64,000 bases of DNA from Rhizaria sp. SCN 62-66. Lineage: Eukaryota. The notes under the pieces were generated by a model, which was not told where the DNA came from, did no database searches, and saw only the letters and a list, made by a program, of their open reading frames with translations. Shown here piece after piece: positions 24,387 to 35,284 of this stretch. The stretch spans positions 1-64,000 of the forward strand of contig MEDY01000066.1 in NCBI GenBank assembly GCA_001724265.1, written 5' to 3'. Position 1 is the stretch's first letter, and every line of letters begins with the position of its first letter. Made by a program: the position numbers and the translations under genes.

Positions 24387-26120
24387 TTAGAAGAGGCCCT
24401 TCTGCTTCTTGAGCTCAGCCTGGCGCCATTGCTGCATGGCGTTGAAGGCGACCTTAGTCAGGCCGAATACGGCCTCGAAGTCGGCGTCGGTGAGGCGCTG
24501 CTCCTTCTTCGAGCGGTCCACCGAGGGAGGCAGGTGCGCGTTGTACTTGAGCTGCTCGTGGGTGTAGAACTGCTGCTCGGGCAGCTTGGGCACGTTGTCC
24601 TCGGCGTCCTCCTCGTTCGGCGGGGTGCCGTTGCTGGGGGACTTAGACAGAACATCCTAAAAAACAAGGGTGAACATAAAGCAAGATTGTGAGACAAGGC
24701 TGACGAAAATAAAGTCTTATGAATTGAAAATAAAACATAATATAAACGATATCTAAAAGATACACATCGCACTGAAATAAACTTTGAAATAGAGAATATA
24801 AATGTATATCTCCGAAAGTCGGATTTAGACAACGGTAGATGGACATACCTGGCGGACCTTGACGACGTCCGAGCCACCGTGGGCGACGCTCTTGCGCGGC
24901 TGCGACGACGGCGCCGGCGCCGCGGGCTCGCCCTCGGCCGTGGCAGGAGCCCCGGACGCGGCGGCGGCGAGGGACGCGCGGGCGGCGGGCGCGCAGCCGC
25001 CGCAGTAGAAGCCCTCACCGACGCGGGAGCAGCCGGACTGGGCGAGCGCGGTCTTGCAGCCGGCGCACGTCCAGCATTGCTGGTGGAAGAAGAAGTCGAG
25101 CACCTGAAGGTACTCGCCGTCGATGACCTTGTCGCACTGCTTGCAGAACTTGCCGAACTTCTTGACGAAGTGGTCGGGGCAGTAGATGTTGCCCTCGTGG
25201 AGGTGGAACGCCTCGGTCTCCATCACGTGGCCGTCGAAGTCGCACGTGAAGCACTCGGGGTGGTAGTGCCGGTCCTTGACGACCGAGACCTTGCCGGTGA
25301 TATTCTTGGTGCACTTGACGCAGCGCACGGCGAGCTCGCTCTCGTAGCAGCCGTCGCACACGGGGTTCTGGTTGTGGATGCGGTACTGCGACGACTTGAG
25401 CGGCTGTGTGCACATCGAGCACACGAAGTGATCCGGGTGGTACGAGTTGCCGTTGGCGTTGACGTAGGAGCCGATAATCACGGCCTTGCAGTGCGCGCAC
25501 TTGGGGTTGAAGGTCGCGTAGTAATCCTTCTCGCAGTAGAACTTGCCGTCCTTCTCCAGGAACCCCACGCCCGCAAGCGAGGAGGAGCACGTGCAGCACT
25601 TAAAGCACGTGTCGTGGAAGTCCTTGCCCTTGGCCACCAGCGACGACGTCGTGCCGTCGAGCGGCTTGGAGCAGCCGTGGCACAGGGGCTCGCCATTGCC
25701 GCCGCTGCTCGAGCTCACCACTTTCGCGGCGGGAGCCGCGGACGACGAGGACGAGGAGGAAGACGCGGATGCGCTGTTGTTGACTGCGACGTTGAGCTTG
25801 TTGATTGCGTTGGCGAGGTCGGCGTCGTTCTTAGACGTCGAAGACGACGACGAGGACGCAGCGGCGGGCGCGGCGGCGGCGGCAGGGGCAGCGGTGGGCG
25901 CGGCGGTAGCGGCAGCGGCCGGGGGCGGAGGCAGGTCATCATCGGGGGTCAGGTAGTCAACGGGGACCCAGCCGGAAGCGCCGTCCATCTCAGCGAGAGC
26001 CCATCCGCTGTCGTTGACGCTCGAGACGAGAACCTTGTCGCCGATGCGGATCGACATCTCGGTGTCGTCGGCGGCCTCGTGATGGTACGAGACGGTCGCG
26101 GTGTAGGGCACGGACGCCAT
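24387..26120 (-). CDS. SH3 + four LIM domains + villin headpiece actin-binding protein (abLIM-like)
   Basis: Exons 26120-24849 and 24656-24387. N-terminal SH3 (EMSIRIGD...SGW...GWVPVDYL), four CxxC...HxxC/HFxC LIM units, and headpiece (EQRLTDADFEAVFG...WRQAELKKQKGLF). Stop TAA. Confidence 0.9.
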
Positions 26121-26639
26121 GCTGAAGACACGAAGACGCAACGCAAAGCAAAGCAACGCGACGCAAAGCAGACCGGGGGAGAGTGGCAGCGGCGAGAGAG
26201 AGAGGAAGTGGGGGGGTGAGGGCGGATTGGCAATGGTGGGGTTTGGGAGTAACGGTGTTTGGGAAGAGGGTGTGTGGTGGGAGAGCATGCGCAAGCGAAG
26301 CGGATACAGAACGCAATGTATGTGCCACATAACGTTCAAGGATATAATGTGGGCTTGAGAGACAAAAGCGAAGCTTTAGGATGCGGTTTCAACGTTGCAA
26401 AGAGTCGAAGGCGGGGAGAAAGGGCTGACGAGGGGCGAGGCAAAAGTAGCACATTCTGGAGGTATAGCTTACCTCAGAACGGCACCGTGACGCAACACCT
26501 GCATAATACTTCTCATGAACAGTCTGTGCAAGGAATATCATGTCCTGAATACAGCCTTAGTACGCGCAAAATTGCCTGCTTTTCTGATATCTGGGCGCGT
26601 GTGTGTGGCAGGCTTCCATCACCCATCCACTTGCAGCCT

Positions 26640-26653
26640 GATTTTTCGCGAAC
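26640..26653 (-). promoter_or_regulatory. Candidate promoter motif GTTCGCGAAAAATC
   Basis: Lies in the divergent spacer between the LIM and kinesin genes. Near-identical copies at 32643 and 54985, also in divergent spacers. Confidence 0.4.
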
Positions 26654-26974
26654 CAGCTACTGCTGCGACACAGCGAGCGAGCCGTTAGAGAGTGGAACCT
26701 AACCGTTGGTCGCGGCTATGAGTTAGGACGCTTTAATATGGCATGAACTTAACGTGAAATTGACTGCACGTGTGTGTTTATATATGTTTGTGTGTTAATC
26801 TTAATGATTAAAAAAGTTAATCTCTGATACAACCTGACTTCCTCGGTCTACGGGCCGAAACCGTACCGACACGCGGAGCCCTCGACTGCCTATCTAGCCC
26901 ACTCTCTCTCAGCCTCGCATCTCACCCTATCCTTCAATTCTATCACGATATCAACTCTACGTCCTTTACAGCCA

Positions 26975-29900
26975 ATGCGTTCTACGCTGCCCCGTCCCAC
27001 GACGACGCGCGTGGGCGCCAGTGCGGTGTCGCGCCCCGCATCTTCTCGCCTCGGCAACAAGGAAAACGTCGCAACCCCTCTCGACGACGCTCCCGCCTCC
27101 AAGATGGCGTTTGGACGCCCCGTTCCTGCCAACACCGGCGTTGGCAAGCCCCTTGCGCCACGTTCTACCACTGGTGTTCTCTCGATGGCCGGCCCTATCA
27201 CACCCTCTCGTGCTCCCGCGCGCCCGCGCACCGGCATGGACGACGGTACGTATCCACGACCTTAACGTCAACTCCACAAAAGCTGGGATATCTCCATAGA
27301 TTTGTTGCACATCGAAGAGAAACGTGGTCACGCAATGTTACACAACTAGAATTGCCCCGTTACTAAATTAATTTTCTGTTTTCTTTTATTTTTATGCCGT
27401 TCAACCCGTGTGTAGGCGTTGAGGACGACTTCGTCCTGCTGCCCGAGGCCCTTTCCTCCGGCATCAACAGCGCCCTCTCGACCCGCATCACAAACAACAA
27501 GTTCGACTTCCGCAAGAAGGACGAGCAGCAGACGGCGCTCATTGCCACGTTCCGCGCTCTGGTGACGGAGATCCACGCGCGCATGGCGTCCGGCCAGCGC
27601 TCGCTTGACCTCGCTCTGAATGAGCGCCGCACGCTGGGCGAGAAGGAGCGCGAGGCCACTGCGGTTAAGGAGACGCTGGAGAAAAAGTGCCAGACGCTCG
27701 AGGATGACATCACGAAGCTCAAGGAGATTGCCAAGAAGATGCGCCGCGCGTACGACTCGACCCGCAGCGACCTGAACCAAAAGGAAAGCGAGCTCACTGT
27801 CACCAGCAGCAACCGCAGCGTGCTAGAGTCGCGCCTCAACGAGCTCGAGAGCACGCGCATGAGCAATTCTGAGCGCCTCCGCGAGGCTGAGAAAGAGCTC
27901 GCGGCCGTGCGCGAGCGTCTCCGCACCGAGGAGGAGGCTGGCGTGAAGCTGCGTGCTCAGGTCACCGAGAAGGACAACGAGCTCTCACGCACCATGGCGA
28001 TGCTGGGCACGGCGCAGAGCTACCACCAGTCGTCGGCGACGCAGCTGCAGGAGCAGGTGCGCGAGCTCATCGACGGCAAGCACAAGGCTGAGCTGGAGCT
28101 GCGCGACGCGCGGTCCGAGCTCGCGGGACTCAAGGCGTCGCTCACGAGTGCGCAGGAACTCGTGGCCAGCGCATCCACCGACAAGTCCGCCGTCGTGCAC
28201 GAGCGCGACGATGCGATCAAGTCGCTCACGGTGCTGCAGACGCAGCTGGAGGAGCTGCGGCGCCAGCTGGGAGAGAACGCCGCCGCGCTGTCAGCAGCCC
28301 AGAGCGAGCTGCAGACCGTGAGCATGAACTACGCGGCCGAGAAGCAGAGCAAGGAGTACGAGGCCAAGCAGAAGGACGACGCACAGGAGCGCGCTGTGGC
28401 GCTGCACACCGAGGTGATGCAGGTCAAGCAGCAGCTCATGGACGCCATCACAGAGACCAACAACTTGCGTCAGGAGCTGTCCCGCGCCAAGGAGGAATTC
28501 GCGACGCAGCGTGAGGCGCTCACCACTTCCCACGCCGCCGAGAAGGTCGCTTGGAGCGAGAAGGCGGCCGCGAACGAGGAGAAGTGGCAGGCTGAGCGCA
28601 CGGCGCTTGATGAGCGCTTCAACTCTGAGCGCTGCAGGCTCGAGAGTGAGGGCAAGGTCCTTCAGGTACGTCCCAGTTCGAACTTTTACTACTCTTCAAT
28701 CTTTAAGTGTATTAACATATTAATTCCGCAGAAATGTCAAATAAGTTGTTTTTTGTCATTTGTTCTTGTGTAAAGACATTCTTTAATTGAGTTCATCACA
28801 AACTTCTGTTGTGCTGTATCTCAAATATTGCGTTCTCCTGTCACTACTTGCTATTTTGTTTCGAACTATCACAGGAGGAGCTGCGTCTGATCCGCGAGTC
28901 CCGCGAGTCCCTGCTGCGCTCATCCTCTGAGAAGGACCTCGAGTTCGAGCGCCTGACGATGGAGGCGAGCACGCTCCGCCGCAACGTGGGCGCGACTCAG
29001 GAGGCGAGCATGGCGACCATCTGCGCGCTGGAGCTGGAGAACAAGCGTCTGCAGACGCAACTGGCGGACAAGGCGGACCTGCTGGCCAAGATTGAGGATC
29101 AGGAGAAGCTTGTCAGCGACCTGCGCGCGCAAATGTACACCGGCGAGCACATGCGCCGCAAGATGCACAACCAGATCCAGGAACTCAAGGGCAACATCCG
29201 CGTCCTGGGACGCATCCGCCCCTTCCTGGGCCACGACTCCGAGTCCGAGTACCGCACGCTCGACTGTTCGGCGGACGAGAAGAGCGTCAAGATCTACACC
29301 GACCGCTCGGAGAAGCCCTACGCGTTCACGTTCGACCGTATCCTTCCCCCCGGGTCGTCGCAGGTCCAGGTCTTCGACGAGGTGTCGCAGCTCGTGCAGT
29401 CCGCGCTCGACGGCTACCACGTCTGCCTCTTCTCGTACGGCCAGACCGGCTCCGGCAAGACGCACACCATGTCTGGTGGCCGCGGCGAGGTATGCTTTGT
29501 TTGAGACTGATTATTCGCATGCATATTTCACACAATTCATGGAAACTTCAACGAAACCAATCGATTGCAATGTAAACCAAACGCCTAAAACATGTTTATT
29601 TAATATGGCTCACTTAATCAAAACGCTTCTTATTCACTCCTCTCTTTTCAGCACGCTGGTATCATTCCCCGGTCCGTGGCCAAGATCCTCGAGTCTGCGC
29701 AGTCGTACAACCAGCAGGGCTGGACGTACAGCATGGAGGCGGCCTTCTCCGAGATCTACAACGACAAGCTCATCGACCTGCTTAACGACAACGGCCAGGA
29801 CTGCGCGCTCGAGATCCGTCGCGAGAACAACCGGACCTACGTCCCCGGGCTCACGCGCACCGCAGTGACCTCCGCCGCCGCGCTCGACAGCCTCATGGCA

Positions 29901-30870
29901 CGCGCCAACAAGAACCGCTCGACCGCGACGACGGACATGAACGAGCGCTCGTCGCGCTCGCACCTCATCTTCACGCTGTACTTGCACGGCCGCAACGAGG
30001 AGCAGCGCGTCGAGCTCAAGGGCACCCTCAACCTCTGCGACCTCGCCGGTTCAGAGCGCCTCGACCGCTCCAAGGTCGCTGGCGACCGCCTTAAGGAGAC
30101 GCAGGCCATCAACAAGTCGCTCTCCGCGCTCTCGGATGTGTTCATTGCACTTAGCAAGGGTGCTCCCCACGTTCCTTTCCGCAACTCGAAGCTTACTTAC
30201 TTCCTCCAGGTGCGTCGACCAAACTAGTTTAACACATATATCTCATCTGAACTGTTATTACATGCGTTTAAATTTTGCAATGATGTCTGAAATAGTATTA
30301 TGTTTGTAAAACATATCTTTTCGCTCACTTTACTTCCAATATCATTCCGCCTTAACACGTTTTCTTCCCCAGGACTGCTTCGCTGGCGACGGTAAGACGA
30401 TGATGGTTGTGAACCTCTCCCCCACGATGGCCTCGTGCTCTGAGTCCCTCTGCTCCCTGCGCTTTGCCTCGACTGTGAGCCAGGTCCACCTGGGCACTGC
30501 CAAGAAGCACATCAACAAGACGGGCGGCGCGGCCTCGGGTGGCGACTCTGTCAACACCTACAGCGAAAGCGACTGCGGCACGCCCTTTTCCCCCGCCGAC
30601 GGCGGCGACGACGAGGACGCCGGCGACGACGCCGACGCCGCCAGCAGCTCCGCCGCGCCCACGGCCTTCCGCAAGCGCACACTCGCGCAGTCCGGCCCCA
30701 GCTACATGCAGCAGACGGCGCGCGCGCGCACGGTCACCACCGGCACCGCGGCCGGCAGCGTCATGGGCGCGGGCGTCGGCGCCGGCAGCGGCATCCCCCG
30801 CATGGGCACGATGACGGGCGGCAACGGCGGCTCCAAGAAGCTCACCGTCAGCGCCATCACGCGCAAGTAA
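26975..30870 (+). CDS. Kinesin-14 (Kar3/KIFC1/Ncd-type C-terminal motor)
   Basis: Exons 26975-27245, 27416-28665, 28875-29489, 29652-30209, 30373-30870. Long coiled coil, neck RRKMHNQIQELKGNIRV, P-loop YGQTGSGKT, NERSSRSH, DLAGSER and HVPFRNSKLT. KEN box near the N-terminus. Stop TAA. Confidence 0.95.
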
Positions 30871-31795
30871 GGGGCTGACAGATGATCTAAGAGGAGGGTA
30901 CTGAGATTGGATATGACTGCAAGCTCCTCCTGAGACATTCTCTCTTTTTTGTTCGTTGTTGGCTGGATTTTAAGTTAGTTTCTTTTGTTTTTCAAGTTTT
31001 TTCAGTGATTATGTTCCTTCTGATCGAGCTTGTTTCTGCTTGCGTGTGCTCACGCGAAGGAATGTGTTGGTTTCACTCCCTCAGTAGTTAGAAATATGAG
31101 TCTAAGTTACGTTTTATGTTTAATTGTTTGCTTTCAATCGTCTCTTGTTTGTTATATTTTGCGTATAACAGCGAGAGCACACATAGAAGTGTCGTGAAGT
31201 TCGTTTGGGGGTGTTAAAAGTCTCTTGGTCAAAAGAGACAAACAAACGTGTTACGTGCGTTTACGTTTTTGAGAGCGTAAGCAAGCGGTTCTTTACAACT
31301 GTAAACTGGTCCCTCTCTTCTAAAGAGTGTATCGTATACAGTGGTGTGTTTGAGTCGAGTCACTCACTTTAAGTAGTGGGCGCTGCACAAACCGACGCCG
31401 AGCAGAGCCGAGTAGTCAAATGTTGTTGTGACGTAGAGCAACGACAAAGCGTAACAGCCAGGTATTAAATAACAAAATACAGAACTATATTAGCAAAATG
31501 AAACAAGATGCCGCATTAGGTCAGCGATATGCACGAAGATGAAAAGAGCTATGTATAAAAGCGAAACTGTCAGTATTACTGTAATCAAGTGAATACTGCC
31601 TGGCACACATGTGGCCATCGTGTTTACGACTTGTTGAATGAATAACCAAATAAATATTACGTGAGTGGCACGACAACACCGCAACGCTAAGATAGAACAA
31701 ACACACAGCTCGCATGACGATTGTACCTCTCGACACAGTCGGCTCTGGCTGTCTGCTCACGGTCGCTCGCATTGCTCACAGTCAGTCGCCCGCGC

Positions 31796-32544
31796 TCACT
31801 GGCAGGAGCCGTCCGCGGGCCCAGTCTTCCACCTGGTGGTGACCTTGTCGCAGTCGAAGATCTCCTTGCCCATGCGGTCATTGACCTCGTTGTGGATCTC
31901 GCACATCCAGTACGAGAAGGCCTGTTGCGACTCCACGCGCGGAGGCTTGCGCACCATCTCGTCCGACGTGCGGTCCGCGCAGTAGCCGCACGGGTACCAC
32001 CGCGCGTATGCCGTGATGTACTGCCGCATGTCGTCCTGCTGTGCCTTGGTCGGCTTGTCGGGGTAGTAGGCCGCCAACGTGTGTAAGTACGCCCACGACG
32101 CGCGTCCCAGCTCGCGCCGGTTCAGCGGGCACTCCGAGTGCATGTACGCCAGACACGCATACTGGTCGGCGGCCGAGTCGGCGGCGGGCTCCGAGGCGGA
32201 CGCAGGTGCTGCTGTGACGGCTGTGGCAGCGGCGGTAGCGTCAGCGGTGCCGTTAGGGTTGCTGTCAAGGGTGAGGGCGGGGGCGCGGGCGACGTCCTCG
32301 CCCTTGTCGCGGCACACGTTGCATCCGCGGTGGCTAAAATCACGTGCAAAAGAGTGCAACATAGACGTGAGAGTGTGTTGTTTCACAGTAAAAAACGTAT
32401 GAATGAAGGTATGCGTGCTGGGAGGGGTGGCGAGGAGAGAACGTACTTCTTCTGCGTATTCGGGGGCTCCGCAGCGCGGGAGACGAGGACAGTCTTCTGC
32501 ACGTAAGATGTGGCAAAGGCCTTGGCCTTTTCAAAGAAAGACAT
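31796..32544 (-). CDS. ERV1: Erv1/ALR FAD-linked sulfhydryl oxidase
   Basis: Exons 32544-32447 and 32333-31796. N-terminal CNVC shuttle motif, ELGRASWAYLHT, YPCGYC, WMCEIHNEVN..MGK.IFDC and RWK.G. Stop TGA. Confidence 0.93.
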
Positions 32545-32642
32545 TGCCGGAAACGACAAGCAAAAGCGCTTTGACGGTCACGTTAAGGCACATGCAAAGG
32601 GCGGAATGACTGCACTCGGACTTGCTTCGCAGCACATGCCTA

Positions 32643-32656
32643 GTTCGCAAAAAATC
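32643..32656 (+). promoter_or_regulatory. Candidate promoter motif GTTCGCAAAAAATC
   Basis: Lies in the divergent spacer between ERV1 and RPB3. Confidence 0.4.
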
Positions 32657-33121
32657 GATCCGAGCCGAGAACGATCGCGCCGCTCCGATCGAGCATTTCG
32701 TGATTGAATCTTCGGCCTGGTCGTTCTCTACAGACATACGTGCGATAGAGACAGTATTGCGTATATCGTATATTAGTTACGCTTTGGATCGTGATACTTT
32801 TATTTCTTTTGAATCAGGACCTCACTCGGCTCCCTCCGCCCACCTCTCTTGTCCACTCATTGGCACCTTCCGACCAGCTCGCACTCGCTCCCCGCGCCCG
32901 CCTGCCAGCCGAGAAGCGTGCTCTTTCGACCCCGCTTACTCGCCCCTCACACCACAGGCGCGGATTCTATCCCACGCGCGGTGTATCACCAACCCCGGAG
33001 TTGTTGATCTTTATTAACACGTCGCTGCGACTACAACAGCACACAGCAACGGCAACCTAGCAAGGCTGAGTTGTTCACAACGCCGAGCGCGCTAAACTTC
33101 ACACACACACTTCAGTTCATC

Positions 33122-34694
33122 ATGTCCTACGATGCCTACGTACGTTATGCTTATTGCTGCAACAACTACTAGCCCCACAACGCCCGCGATTGAGCGCACA
33201 TCGTAACACCCTTCATTGTCCGAACCCCGCTTTTCGCTATCTCGACTCCGTCTTCTCACTGATCCTCTACTGTTGTGACACTGATATATCATGTTGTACA
33301 GAGCGCTGGGCCCGCTGCGACTAGCGCGCCGGTGCGCGACATCCGCCTCGTGGTCACCTCGCTGACCCGCGACGTGATCAAGTTCTCGCTCTACGGCGCC
33401 GACGTGTCTTTCGCCAACGCGCTGCGCCGCGTCATGATCGCGGAGGTCCCCACTGTCGCCATCGACAGTGTTGAGATCTTCGAGAACTCCTCGCGTACGT
33501 CTTGACTTATGCACTACTGCAAATCGACAACTCTGCTTGTTGTAACATGTCTTTTGTTGATGCCCTTTATAGATCCATATGCAACCTCATATTCACATGT
33601 CAGCTCACTTCCTATCATATACTCACTTAATTACCTTTCTTTTCTCCCTGTTTTGCTTCTGCGTGGCGCCGCAGCCCTGTTCGACGAGTTCATCTCGCAC
33701 CGCATGGGTCTTATCCCGCTGACGTCGCTGCCCGCGCTGCAGCGCAACATGCTGTACTCGCGCGACTGCTCCTGCTCCGCCGGCTGCCCGCAGTGCACCG
33801 TCCGCTTCAAGCTCGACGTCACCAACGATCAGGACCATCACATTGTTGTCACCACCAAGTCCCTGCTGCACCTCGACGATGATTCGCGGTCGACGTGGCC
33901 CGACATCCTGCCCATCGGGCCCTCGTTCCAGGCCGAGCGCGCCGACGAGGCCGACGTAACCGTGGTCAAGCTGGCGCACCGCCAGCGGCTCAAGCTCACG
34001 GCCACGGCCAAGCTGGGCATCGGCAAGGAGCACGGCAAGTGGATTCCCGTGGGCGTGGCGACTTTTGGCGCAGTGCCAGAGGTCGAGGTCGACGTCGACG
34101 CCATGCAGCGGCTCAAGGACGCGGGTATCCTCACGGGGGCCAAGCTGCGCGCTATTGTTGACAGCTGCCCCAAGAACGTCTTCAGCTACGACCAGGTACG
34201 TTCAGTCACGATGGCACTGCCCCTCACCAGAGCAACACTCTGAGGGAACATTAATTAATCACATATACGCCTAGAGTTGAGTCTAATGGCGATATCGTGT
34301 TTACTTTGACTTACTTTGTTATAACATGTCATGTCGTATAGCATTCATTATTTTCAAAACAAACACCTCACATATACGCCTCCAACTCCCTGCTTGTATA
34401 TATCTTCACACTGCAATCTAGGACATCGAGTCGATGGGCCTGAATGCGCCGGGCGACTGCATGTTCTGCCGCGAGTGCTACCGCACGGCGGAGCGCCAGC
34501 AAGTGCCGGTCTTCTTCCGCGCTGAGCAGAGCCCCTCGCAGTTCAACTTCACCGTCGAGAGCACGGGTTCGCTGCCGCCGGAGGTGATTGTCAAGATGGG
34601 CATGCAGACGCTGCTGCAGAAGCTTAAGCGCCACCGCGAGAGCTTCGTCAGCGAGCAGAGCATGCTCCAGGGCGGCGGCGGCGGCATGAACTAA
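33122..34694 (+). CDS. RPB3: RNA polymerase II subunit RPB3
   Basis: Exons 33122-33139, 33302-33494, 33675-34195, 34422-34694. Motifs ANALRRVMIAEVPTVAID, DEFISHRMGLIPL, Zn loop CSC...CPQC, GIGKEHGKW and FNFTVESTGSLPP. Stop TAA. Confidence 0.93.
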
Positions 34695-35284
34695 GCGCCG
34701 TTCGACGACAAAAGACAAACAAAGAAAAAAACAAAGACACAGAAATATGAGTGCCGTCGATGTCTGTAAGGTTGCATTACTGACTGTAATAGGTTATGAA
34801 TAAGGTTTATATGAGATATTAAAATGATATTTACGTTGTTGTTGTTATTATTACACAAAATACAAGTTATATAATGAAGTTACCTCATCTAGATGTAAGA
34901 CAACTCGAAGAATGTCAAAATGTGAACGCGCGCTCGTTCATTCTTGCTGGTGTAATGTTGATGAGTGCAGAAACATAGATGTATTATACTTCGCTCTCTC
35001 GTGTCAATAAGATATCCGGGATGATAATCTTGGTAAGTTCCAAGCAGTATGAACCTACATGACGCAAAAGAGCGTAATTACCTGTACATATATACAATGA
35101 ATGGTATCATCTGATGGCATATTGGCGACATTAGTACCGATCCTTTTCATAACAAATGGCAAACACAGAACAACTTAAACAATCCCCAACCAAACAACCT
35201 TGGGTTTTCATCCAACCGAGTCATCATAGAGCACTTAGCCTACGCAAGGTACTGAGATCCTCACATGGTACTTAGATGTCAAAC

